Shown here: in pieces, positions 27,666 through 36,566 of the stretch | Numbering within the stretch: the first letter of the stretch is position 1 | Layout of the letters: the number at the start of each line of letters is the position of its first letter | Assembly: GCA_963843575.1 (NCBI GenBank) | Contig: CAWJKZ010000018.1 | Coordinates: forward strand, 32,001-96,000 | DNA length: 64,000 bases | Source of the DNA: an uncultured Acidobacteriota bacterium | GTDB lineage: Bacteria > Acidobacteriota > UBA6911 | Reading direction: 5' to 3' | Translations under genes and position numbers: made by a program | Notes under the pieces: generated by a model | Seen by the model: only the letters and a program-made list of their open reading frames with translations | Databases searched by the model: none | What the model was told of the DNA's origin: nothing

Positions 27666-27799
27666 CGTTTGTGCCCCTGCATTCGCCCTCGATCCGACCC
27701 GCACCCTGACTCAGGACAGTCGCCGGCCCTGGCAGGTCGAAGACGGACTGCCACCATTGCGGACGCGAAGAGCCGTGGCTATGCGCTGGGGGCCTCGGA

Positions 27800-29077
27800 C
27801 TACCTGACCAGCGCGGCACCCAGGATTTCGCGCAGCCGCTTTGCGACGATCATATCTTCTCCCGGCTGGAGGGTCACCGATATGATCTGCAGTCGGTTCT
27901 TCTCTTCCGGGGACTTGGGCCCGGGCTTGCCCTCGTGGACGGCCGGGACGAGGCTCGGGTTGCTGTTGGTCAACACTTCGATCCGCGGCTCGCCTTCACG
28001 GAGCTTTCTGTCGCAATCCGCAACCGTCAGGCCGAACGCCTTCTCGTCCCAGTTCACGGTCAGGGTCGGATAGCGGTTGCCGCTTTCCGGGATCTTGATC
28101 TCCGTGGTTACGCCGGGGACGGTGGCAACGACCTTCGCGATCCGCTCCACACGCCGGTTCCACTCGCGGTTGAGCGCCCCCAGGTCCATGTGCATCCAGG
28201 CTTCGACGGCGGCGAGGCAACCCATGATCTCCTCTTTGCCGACCTTCATCGGCCGGCACACGGCGCCCTCGTAAGGGCTGCAGTTGGCCAGGGCCGCCTC
28301 GATCAGATCTTTGCGCCCCAGGAGCAGGCCCGAACACTGCGGCCCCATCAGCCCCTTGCCGCCGCTGAACGTGTAGAGGTCGCAGCCCATCTTCGCGTAC
28401 AACTTCAGGTTTTCGATGGGGGGTATCCCCGCGGCATCGTCGAGGAGGAGCGGCACCCGCGCGGCCTTCGTGATGGCAATCTGTTTTTCCAGGCGCTCCC
28501 CCAGATCCGTGGTGTAGATCATCGCGGTCTTCTCGCCGATGGCGTTCTGCAGCTCCGGTTCGCTATAGACGAGCACGAGCTTGCCGCCCGCAAGACGGAT
28601 GGCGCTGTCGAAAGCGCTGCGCCCTCCGCTCATCACCACTTCATATTTGAGCCCGGTCGTGTCGGGGAGCTGCCAGACGTGGTTCGGGTCGGCGCCGCCA
28701 ATGCATGCAGCGGTCGCCGCCGCCATCGCGCCGGCGGCCCCGGACGTCACCATGCCCGATTCGGCGCCCGACAATTCGGCGAGCCGTTTGCCCACGGCAT
28801 GCTGCAATTCGATGATGTCGACGAAATGCGCCGCGGCAGCCTGTTGCGCGGCACGTACCTCCGGCAGTTCCAGCGAACCGGTGAGGTAGGTCCATGTCCC
28901 GCGCGCGTTGATCAGCGGGCGCACTCCAATGCGGCGGTAGATCTCATCGGGGCGCGCTTTCCCGACCGTTTCCAGGACCTTCGCAAGAGTGTCCTTCGCG
29001 GCGATGGAACCCAGCAGCGGCAGAGCCGCCGCCCACTTCATAAATGCACGCCGGTCAAATCCAGGCTGATGATTCAT
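27800..29077 (-). CDS. SelA-like PLP-dependent enzyme (DgaE-like) with twin-arginine leader
   Basis: INARGTWTYLTGS, VTSGAA, LLLDDAA, FSGGK (PLP lysine), RPMKVGKEEI. N-terminal DRRAFMK; RBS GGAGAGGG. Confidence 0.88.
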   Translation of the reverse strand: MNHQPGFDRRAFMKWAAALPLLGSIAAKDTLAKVLETVGKARPDEIYRRIGVRPLINARGTWTYLTGSLELPEVRAAQQAAAAHFVDIIELQHAVGKRLAELSGAESGMVTSGAAGAMAAATAACIGGADPNHVWQLPDTTGLKYEVVMSGGRSAFDSAIRLAGGKLVLVYSEPELQNAIGEKTAMIYTTDLGERLEKQIAITKAARVPLLLDDAAGIPPIENLKLYAKMGCDLYTFSGGKGLMGPQCSGLLLGRKDLIEAALANCSPYEGAVCRPMKVGKEEIMGCLAAVEAWMHMDLGALNREWNRRVERIAKVVATVPGVTTEIKIPESGNRYPTLTVNWDEKAFGLTVADCDRKLREGEPRIEVLTNSNPSLVPAVHEGKPGPKSPEEKNRLQIISVTLQPGEDMIVAKRLREILGAALVR

Positions 29078-29782
29078 GGTCGCCCTCTCCATTGTCTTGG
29101 TGCTGCTTCACGGCAATTACGGAGGTCTGCTCCCTGGTCCGGTCCGCATGTCGGATTCCTGTTACAGCGTTATTCGGGCCGGGTGACTTCTGCAGATTAT
29201 CGCAAAGACTGAAGGACGCATAGAATCTCCGCGACGTAATCGCTCCCGAGCCCATACCGCGATGTATATCCTTGGCCGGTCATTCGACCCAAAACACGGC
29301 ACCCCAATTCCGGAACGTGCGGCGAATCGCGCTTTCATCGGGCTTCTCCGGTTTGCGGAGCCGCGGCGCCCGGCTCCACGACCGCGAGCCCGCGCACGTC
29401 GACCTGGTCCAACTCGGAAACCGCCGAACCGGGTCCCGAGTTTTCCACCTCCGCGGTGTGCATTTTGCCGAGCGTTCCGCAGCACCGGATGCACTGGACG
29501 CTCCTGCCCCGGAGCAGCGCTACCTGAACCTCGAGATTCCGGGCCGGCGTGATGTCGCCGTGAACCGTCATCTCTGGGTTCACCGCATGAAGGGGCATCG
29601 CCACCGACGAAACAACGAACCGCAGCATGACCTGTATTTGCCGTTCATCCGCCCGAGTGGCGAAAAAAGGGCCCCAAAATGTCAAATAAGGCCCCCATAA
29701 AGGGAGACCAAAATGCGGTTTAGCAGTAAACTACAGGCGATTGAGCCGGGTCCGTCCCCGATTCCCGAGCAAGGAGTGGATC

Positions 29783-30907
29783 ATGAGGTCTCGAAATTTG
29801 ATGAGCCGGCGCGAGTTGCTGAGGGCCGGCCTTGCAGGGTCTGCGCTTCCGCTTCTCCCGTCCGTGCGGACGGTCTCGAAAGCTGCGGGATCCAGGCTGG
29901 GGATTCCGGGACCTTTCCCCGGGCGCGTGATTGCAGTCCGTCACCCCGGCAGCATCATCTCGGGCGCCTTTCAGGCGGCGCCGATCCGCGCGATGATGCA
30001 CAAGGGGATGGCCGCTCTGACGGGAGCCGAGGGGTGGGCCGACGCATGGCGGGTGTTCTTTGAGCCCGGGGATGTCGTGGGCATCAAGGTTAATCCCGTT
30101 GGCGCCCCTCACGTGATGTCCTGCGCCGAAGTCATTCACCAGGTCGTCGACGGGCTGAAGAGCGCCGGGATCCAAGCCGGGGACATCGTCGTCTACGATC
30201 GCTACCGCAGGGAGATCATCGGAGCCGGATTTGTCAAAATGCTGCCTGAAGGTGTGCGGTATTCAGCGGCCGCGGATCATTTCGAGCAGGTCCAGCTCGA
30301 TATCCAAGGTTATGACCCGGAGCACTATCTGGAGATGCCCCTCGTCACCCCGGGGCAGGATCCCTCGAGTCCGCACACCCGGCGCTCGCATGTCGCCAGG
30401 TTTCTCACCCGGGAGGTGAACAAACTCATCAACCTCCCTGTCGTGAAAGATCATCAGTCGGCCGGCGTAACCCTGGCCCTCAAGAACCTCTCGCACGGAC
30501 TGGTGAACAACGTCTTTCGCAGCCACTCCACCCCTACCCTGAACGCGTGCGGCGTCTTCATCCCTGCCGTCGTCAACCTTCCGGTGATTCGGGAGAAGAC
30601 CGTCCTGCACATCCTGGACGGCATAAAAGCCCTGTACCACGGAGGCCCGGGCGCCGATCCCCAATTCGTCTGGGAGCACAAGACTCTTTACTTCGCCACC
30701 GACCCGGTTGCACTCGATCGAATCGGGTGGAAGGTCATCGATGAAAAGCGGGTGCAGATGGGAATGAGCGCGGTCGCCGACGCCGCGCCCGATCGTCACG
30801 CCACGTTCCTGCGGCGTCAGCCTGAACACATCGAGATCGCGGGCGCGCTGGGATTGGGCGTGTGGGATGAAAAGAAGATCGACCTGCGCCGCTTCGAGCT
30901 TTCCTGA
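29783..30907 (+). CDS. DUF362 domain protein, Tat-exported
   Basis: SRRELL leader, VGIKVN, INLPVVKDH..AGVTLALKN, DPVALD. RBS AAGGAG. Confidence 0.85.
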   Translation: MRSRNLMSRRELLRAGLAGSALPLLPSVRTVSKAAGSRLGIPGPFPGRVIAVRHPGSIISGAFQAAPIRAMMHKGMAALTGAEGWADAWRVFFEPGDVVGIKVNPVGAPHVMSCAEVIHQVVDGLKSAGIQAGDIVVYDRYRREIIGAGFVKMLPEGVRYSAAADHFEQVQLDIQGYDPEHYLEMPLVTPGQDPSSPHTRRSHVARFLTREVNKLINLPVVKDHQSAGVTLALKNLSHGLVNNVFRSHSTPTLNACGVFIPAVVNLPVIREKTVLHILDGIKALYHGGPGADPQFVWEHKTLYFATDPVALDRIGWKVIDEKRVQMGMSAVADAAPDRHATFLRRQPEHIEIAGALGLGVWDEKKIDLRRFELS

Positions 30908-30950
30908 ACCGTCCCCGGCTCGGGCACGGTCCGTTTCTCCGCACGATCGC

Positions 30951-31071
30951 TGGAGTGCAGCGGCTCGGCCGCCGCCGCAGGCCGCAATTCGGCATGGCGC
31001 CGAGGCGCCGGGTGTATCGGCCGTCGGACGTAAGTGTAAGCGGCGTCGAGCCGTCGAGCCGCCGCACTCCA
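30951..31071. repeat. REP/REPIN-like inverted repeat between convergent genes
   Basis: TGGAGTGCAGCGGCTCG at 30951 and CGAGCCGCCGCACTCCA ending at 31071 form an inverted pair with one mismatch. Confidence 0.65.
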
Positions 31072-31085
31072 GATGATCCTCATGA

Positions 31086-31559
31086 TCACCGTTGGTTGTA
31101 GGCCTTCTTCAACGCTGCAACGTCGATCTTCTTCATCTGGAGCATTGCTTCCATGACCCTTTTCGATTTTGCAGGATCAGGGTCGCTCAGCATCTCGCCC
31201 AGGACTCTCGGGTTGATTTGCCATGACAACCCGTACTTGTCCTTCAACCAGCCGCACTGCCCTTGTTCTCCGCCTGCAGACAGCTTCTGCCAAAGCTCGT
31301 CTACTTCCTGCTGCGCCTCGCAGTCGACGGAAAACGAGATGGCCTCGGTGAATTTGAACAGCGATCCACCGTTCAATGCTATGAACTGCTGCCCATCGAG
31401 CTCAAAGGCGACAGTCATGACACTACCCTTAGGCCCGGGCCCTGCATCTCCGTAGCGGGAGATCTTCAGGATCCTCGAATTCTTGAACGTCGAGACGTAG
31501 TAATTTGCCGCCTCCTCCGCCTGGGTGTCGAACCACAAAAACGGGCTGATTTTCTGCAT
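31086..31559 (-). CDS. VOC family protein (PhnB / 3-demethylubiquinone-9 methyltransferase-like)
   Basis: [42 protein letters not shown]. Confidence 0.95.
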   Translation of the reverse strand: MQKISPFLWFDTQAEEAANYYVSTFKNSRILKISRYGDAGPGPKGSVMTVAFELDGQQFIALNGGSLFKFTEAISFSVDCEAQQEVDELWQKLSAGGEQGQCGWLKDKYGLSWQINPRVLGEMLSDPDPAKSKRVMEAMLQMKKIDVAALKKAYNQR

Positions 31560-31697
31560 CCGGCATTCTCCTTATCGCGGCGCTGGAGCCGATCTCCTGG
31601 CGCCGGTACGTTTGTTATGGAATCAGCTGCGGCCTGTCGCAAGGCAGGTGTGCCGAACTCGCACGAGCGAGTCGGCCGCCGGGAGTCGATTTTCAGG

Positions 31698-33134
31698 TCA
31701 GTGTTCCGGTGAAACGACGATGGTGAAGACGGCTTCGTCCGGCAGGTCGAAACGGACAAGAGCCGCGCGGGTCACGAGGACGGTCCCGACTCTGGCGCAG
31801 TCCAAGTCCCGCGTTGTGAGATACAGTTCGCAGCGGAGGTTCTCGGCTTGAGGGAGAGTGACTTCCACCGGCCCGGCGCTCTCCTTTACACCCACGATGA
31901 TCAGCCTGCCGGTGGAACCGTCGTGGAACCCGGAGACGACGGCGCGGTCCGAGGGGAAGTCGGCCGCGATGCGCTGCGCCCCGGGAGGCACGAAGCGGTA
32001 GAGCTGTTTGGCCGCGTAGTAGCGCTTCTTGGGCGAATAGTGATGGTTGTCGTTGCGCATCAGACCGTAGTAAGTCATCTCGCGGTCGTGTTCGTGGTGG
32101 TTGTCGAAGGCATCCCAGAACAGTGCCGCGCGGGCGCCTTCGTTGATGGAACGCAGGGCACGGCGCGTGGCTTTCAGCGACTGCAGCTTCCACTCGGCCT
32201 CGGGAGAGCGGTCGGGCGCGCCCAGGTCGCCGTACTCGGTGAGCCAGACACGCACGCCCGGATGCCGGCTGTTCGCGATGGTCTGGAGATGGCGGGCGAA
32301 GGCGCCTCTGCCTTCGCCGTAGGTGTGAAGCGACAGAACGACCACGTTCTTCATCAGGTCGTCTTCGGCGACGATGGGGCCGACGTAGTCGGTGTTTTCG
32401 TTGGACTGATCGGCGGCCACCAGTTTGATGTCCCCCAACCCTTCGTGGCGCATGAGTCGCACCAGCGTCGACAGCACCTTGGGCATTTCATCGGGGTCGA
32501 TCCGCGGTCCCTCCACCGGGAAACAGTCGGTCTCGTTCAGGGGGCTGAAGAACTCGAAGTCGATGTGTTCGCGGAAACGCGCGTGAAGCAACATCGAGAC
32601 CGCCGTCTCGGCGAACTCTTCATACATCGTCGGGTTCAGATGGTAAGGCCGCGTATAGCCGCCGGCGCGGATCTGCTCGGGCGACTTGCACGGCTTGTAC
32701 GAGAGCGGCCGGGCGGTGTCGTCGTTCATCCAGTCCGGCGTAATGCCGCTGAGTGTGAGAAAGGGCCGGATGCCCAAGGAATTCAGGTAGCGGGCTGCTC
32801 GCCAGGATGGCTCGAAGTAGGCCGTCGTGTAGCGGTCGCTGTAATACTCGTCGTTGCGGTGTTGCGGATCGGCATCATCGTTCTTCGCCTCCCAGTTTGT
32901 CTGGCCGTAGGGATCCAGGCGGAAGAGGGTTGCGCCGAGGTCCTTCACGAGCAGGTCGATCATGGGCTTCTGCGAGTCGCGGAAATAGGAGCCGTTGAAG
33001 TTCACCCCGAAGCCGTCCATGGTCTGGAATCGCCGGTCGGGGTGCAGCTCGATGCGGATGGGTGCAGGCGCCTGCGCGGCGGCCAACAGGGTCAGTAGCG
33101 CGACCAGAGGCATGAGCGAAAGACGCCGGATCAT
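31698..33134 (-). CDS. Glycoside hydrolase, GH30-like (clan GH-A)
   Basis: Signal peptide, FQTMDGFG, PLNETD (acid/base), VWLTEY (nucleophile), RFVPPGAQRI. Confidence 0.82.
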   Translation of the reverse strand: MIRRLSLMPLVALLTLLAAAQAPAPIRIELHPDRRFQTMDGFGVNFNGSYFRDSQKPMIDLLVKDLGATLFRLDPYGQTNWEAKNDDADPQHRNDEYYSDRYTTAYFEPSWRAARYLNSLGIRPFLTLSGITPDWMNDDTARPLSYKPCKSPEQIRAGGYTRPYHLNPTMYEEFAETAVSMLLHARFREHIDFEFFSPLNETDCFPVEGPRIDPDEMPKVLSTLVRLMRHEGLGDIKLVAADQSNENTDYVGPIVAEDDLMKNVVVLSLHTYGEGRGAFARHLQTIANSRHPGVRVWLTEYGDLGAPDRSPEAEWKLQSLKATRRALRSINEGARAALFWDAFDNHHEHDREMTYYGLMRNDNHHYSPKKRYYAAKQLYRFVPPGAQRIAADFPSDRAVVSGFHDGSTGRLIIVGVKESAGPVEVTLPQAENLRCELYLTTRDLDCARVGTVLVTRAALVRFDLPDEAVFTIVVSPEH

Positions 33135-33179
33135 GGTGAGTCCTTTCCCTGTCCCGGACTGGTGTGTTGATCTTCTGCG

Positions 33180-34100
33180 TCAGGACTGCATGGACTTGGC
33201 TAGCATCCTCTCCCAGATCTCGCGTTGCGCGATCAGGGCCGCAACCCGGTCCGGCACTTTGGCGCTGGCCTCGAGCAGTTGCCACCCGCCCCAGCCCATC
33301 CGCACCAGAAGATCCATCTGCAGCTGGTAGGGGAATCCCGGTTCATTGAGTTCGTGCAAGTGAAGCGTGTCGCCCAGGAGTCCCTTGACGAGATTCAGAT
33401 TGGCCTCGAAGCCGTCGCCCTGCGCGTCGCGCCTGTCGCTGTTCAGCTTCACCCGGACACAGCGTTGCGTTACGCGATCCATGATCGCGCGAATGCTCTT
33501 CAGGTCTCCGGCCGAGCCGTGCGCCTCGAGCCGCACCTGCTGCCCGTAGTCTGCGGCAAATGCGCCGACGGCATTCAGAGCTTCGGCCACCTGGGCGATC
33601 GTTTTCTCGCGGGGGATTTCGCTGTGATAGTCGTTGACGAACACGCGCACACCACTTGCGCCGACGTCATGGCTCAGCTTGACGTAGCCCTTGGAGTTTT
33701 CGATCGCGAGCCTGACCTTCTCGGGGTCCGGGAAATCAAACCGCTCGCCGCTCGCGATGCCGACAAGGACCACCGGACTGTCCGAAAACTGTTTTTTTAC
33801 TTCCCGGCGCCGCGACTCGCTCAGCTCGAGTTCGACGCCGTGGGCGTATTTCTCACTGGTGCGCAATTCGACGCCGAAGACGCGCGCCTTCCGGCAATTC
33901 GCTATCATCCCCGGAATATCCCAATCCTTTCCCCACTGGTAGGAGGTCAAGCCGAAGCGGGTCTTTGCTGCCGGTACCTTACCCTGGGCAGCGGCGAAGA
34001 AATCCGCGCCCCCCAAGATGCCTGCCGAGGCTAAGCCTGCTGACGTCTGCAGGCCCTGTGCCAGGAATGTGCGACGCGATTGCTTCCGAGATTGTTGCAT
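33180..34100 (-). CDS. Sugar phosphate isomerase/epimerase (xylose-isomerase-like TIM barrel), Tat-exported
   Basis: SRRTFL leader, GVELR, VRLEAHG, LHLHE, LLE. Confidence 0.88.
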   Translation of the reverse strand: MQQSRKQSRRTFLAQGLQTSAGLASAGILGGADFFAAAQGKVPAAKTRFGLTSYQWGKDWDIPGMIANCRKARVFGVELRTSEKYAHGVELELSESRRREVKKQFSDSPVVLVGIASGERFDFPDPEKVRLAIENSKGYVKLSHDVGASGVRVFVNDYHSEIPREKTIAQVAEALNAVGAFAADYGQQVRLEAHGSAGDLKSIRAIMDRVTQRCVRVKLNSDRRDAQGDGFEANLNLVKGLLGDTLHLHELNEPGFPYQLQMDLLVRMGWGGWQLLEASAKVPDRVAALIAQREIWERMLAKSMQS

Positions 34101-34182
34101 GATCAAGTCCTTTGCCCGATTGAGTTTCTCAGTGTTTATCGCGTCGGCGGGGAAGGGGCAAGCAAAATGTGAGAACCCGGGC

Positions 34183-34782
34183 CTATGCTGGCCGGGCGGA
34201 AGAGGGCCGGGCGATTTCGTCGGCGACCTCGCTGATCAGCAGGACCTGAAACAGCGATCCGACGAAGTGAAATGCGCTGACGTCGCCCGGATTCGCGGAA
34301 CAGACGGGCGCGAACAGGAGGTCGAGCAAACGGCGGCGCTCGCCCGCATCGAGTTCCGGCTTTTTCCGCCGGGCCCAGTGCCACATTTCCTCGTAGAGGA
34401 ACCAGGCGGAACCTGCGCAAACCGAAGCCAGACCCGCCTCCCACGCCTTCACGTGCTGTCGCGTCGCAAGAGACATCAATCCCTCGCTCAGGATGCCGCT
34501 CACGATGGACAGGGCCAGCTCACGGGCACCCTGGGGTTCGAGAAAACGCTCCACCACGATTCCGCTGATGCTTGCGATGTCCAGCTTCGACGCCAGCTCG
34601 CTGTAATTGCGGGACTCGGTGCTGGTGCGCACCTGCTCGAGAAAGCGCTGGTACTCGCCGAGGATGACCCACACCCGGCCTCCCGGCGGCACGCCGGATT
34701 CAAGCAACTCGGCCCGCAGTTGCCACAGATTCCCGGTTGTTGGACAGCTGAGGGTCCTGCTCAGCGCGTCTGCCAGCGGCAT
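34183..34782 (-). CDS. Hypothetical helical protein
   Basis: 199-aa ORF with plausible RBS (GAAGGGG) and protein-like composition. No motif recognised. Confidence 0.65.
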   Translation of the reverse strand: MPLADALSRTLSCPTTGNLWQLRAELLESGVPPGGRVWVILGEYQRFLEQVRTSTESRNYSELASKLDIASISGIVVERFLEPQGARELALSIVSGILSEGLMSLATRQHVKAWEAGLASVCAGSAWFLYEEMWHWARRKKPELDAGERRRLLDLLFAPVCSANPGDVSAFHFVGSLFQVLLISEVADEIARPSSARPA

Positions 34783-35123
34783 GAGAGTTCACCCCTTCCC
34801 GACGGGGAACGATTTAACCACAAGAGTGCCCCGAAACACCCGAAAGAATCGAGGACGGTCCTATGCGCCGTGACGGCTGGCAAGGGAGCCACCGCGAACA
34901 CGAGAGCGCCGGGACCCAGGGCCGGCAAGTCTCCTCGGGGTGTGGCTCTCCGGCTCCTGGCCGGCCCGCTCGGAACCCTGAATTGCATCTCACGCGACGC
35001 CAGGCTTGAAGAGTGATGGCAACCGTCGAGATCCGTGTCCGGAGCCCGTTTCGTGCCGACCTGTGCGTCGATCCCGGTCTGCGGGACAACTCCGGTTTAC
35101 AGATGGGCAAGAGATTGGTACTC

Positions 35124-35137
35124 TTACGTAAACGTAA
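35124..35137. promoter_or_regulatory. Candidate operator palindrome upstream of cysM
   Basis: TTACG-TAAA-CGTAA perfect 5-4-5 inverted repeat about 55 bp upstream of the start. Confidence 0.3.
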
Positions 35138-35191
35138 TGGTGGACAGAAGGTTTCAATTCGGGTGGCCACCAGCGTCGGGTGGAAACGAAA

Positions 35192-36133
35192 ATGGCACAG
35201 CAAGCCCTCTGGATGGATCAATGGGTCGACCCCGGTCTTCTGTCTCATGTTGGCAATACCCCCCTGCTGCGGCTCGCGCGGATCACGGCGCATCTCCCCC
35301 AGCGCGTTCAAGTCTTCGCAAAAGCCGAGTGGTTCAACCCGGGAGGGTCGGTAAAGGACCGTGCGGCACTGAGCATCATCGAGGCCGGGGAACGCACGGG
35401 AGAACTCACTCGGGATAAGATCATCCTCGATGCGACCTCCGGTAACACCGGAATAGCCTACGTGATGATCGCGGCAGCGAAAGGCTATCGGGTCCGACTC
35501 TGCCTCTCCGCGAACGTAAGCCCCCAGCGCAAGAACATCCTCCGGGCATACGGCGCGGACATCCTTTTCACGGATCCGGGCGAAAGCTCCGACGGCGCCA
35601 TCCGAAAAGCGCGCCAGCTGTATGCCGAAGCCCCGGGCCGTTACTTCTATGCCGACCAATACAACAACGAAGCCAATTGGCGGGCACACTACCTGACGAC
35701 AGGGCCGGAGATCTACGAGCAAACCAGCGGCCGCATCACGCATTTCGTGGCAGGCCTGGGTACCGGCGGCACTTTCGTGGGGACCGGACGGCGCCTGCGC
35801 GAGTACAACGGGCGCATTCAGCTCATCTCAGTCGAGCCGGACTCGGGATTTCACGGCCTCGAGGGGTTGAAACACATGGCGACCGCCATTGTTCCAGGAA
35901 TTTATGATTCTAGGTTGGCGGACAGCGCGATGCGGGTGGGCACCGAAGAATCATACGCGATGGTCCGGAGGCTGGCGCGGGAGGAGGGCCTGCTCGTCGG
36001 CATCTCTTCGGGCGCGGCTGCCGTGTGCGCCCTCCGTGTTGCGTCGGGATTGAAAGAGGGCGTGGTCGTGACAGTCTTTGCCGATTCCGGCGACAAATAC
36101 CTGACCCACCGCTTCTGGAGCGAAGGTGAATGA
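35192..36133 (+). CDS. cysM: Cysteine synthase (CysM-type, PLP-dependent)
   Basis: VGNTPL, NPGGSVKDR (PLP Lys), DATSGNTG, QYNN, GLGTGGT, GISSG, DSGDKY. Confidence 0.93.
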   Translation: MAQQALWMDQWVDPGLLSHVGNTPLLRLARITAHLPQRVQVFAKAEWFNPGGSVKDRAALSIIEAGERTGELTRDKIILDATSGNTGIAYVMIAAAKGYRVRLCLSANVSPQRKNILRAYGADILFTDPGESSDGAIRKARQLYAEAPGRYFYADQYNNEANWRAHYLTTGPEIYEQTSGRITHFVAGLGTGGTFVGTGRRLREYNGRIQLISVEPDSGFHGLEGLKHMATAIVPGIYDSRLADSAMRVGTEESYAMVRRLAREEGLLVGISSGAAAVCALRVASGLKEGVVVTVFADSGDKYLTHRFWSEGE

Positions 36134-36552
36134 GCCTGAAAATGTCATCCGGTCTCCTCGAGAAAATTCGCGAACACGGACGAAGCGCCTACCCGCACGA
36201 ATGTTGTGGCCTTCTGCTGGGGAGGTCCGACCGCTCCACGAAATCTGTGGTCGGGCTGAGGCCTGCGGTCAACAATCGGGAAGACTCGCCCGGGAACCGC
36301 TATCTGATCTCCGCCCTCGACATGTTGCAGGCAGAGCGTGAGACACAGGCGAATGGCCTGGAGATCGTCGGTATCTACCATTCGCACCCTGACCATCCTT
36401 CGCGTCCCTCGGAGTATGACAGGGAGCACGCCCTGCCCGGGTACTCCTATGTCATCGTAAGCATCGCCAGCGGGGACGCGGTGGACCTGAAATCCTGGCA
36501 CCTCCGGGATGACCGTTCGGAATTCGAGGCCGAAGAGCTGGTATCAGACTAG
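36130..36552 (+). CDS. mec: JAB/MPN metallopeptidase (M67; Mec-like CysO-cysteine peptidase)
   Basis: YPHECCG (Glu) and YHSHPDHPSRPSEYD (HxH-x7-S-x2-D JAMM motif). Confidence 0.92.
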   Translation: MSLKMSSGLLEKIREHGRSAYPHECCGLLLGRSDRSTKSVVGLRPAVNNREDSPGNRYLISALDMLQAERETQANGLEIVGIYHSHPDHPSRPSEYDREHALPGYSYVIVSIASGDAVDLKSWHLRDDRSEFEAEELVSD

Positions 36553-36566
36553 AAATGGAGAGAGCA

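Noticed and set aside
27800-29077. True selenocysteine synthase selA
   Set aside because: No selB, selC or selD nearby. It has a Tat-like leader and DgaE-like motifs.
29262-29700. Small ORFs between the SelA-like and DUF362 genes
   Set aside because: Competing frames with no motif; may simply be a divergent promoter region.
34990-35190. SAM riboswitch upstream of cysM
   Set aside because: The SAM-I core (ATC.AGAG...GAGGGA...GCAACC...GTGC.AA.TCC) is not present in order; only an isolated GGCAACC.
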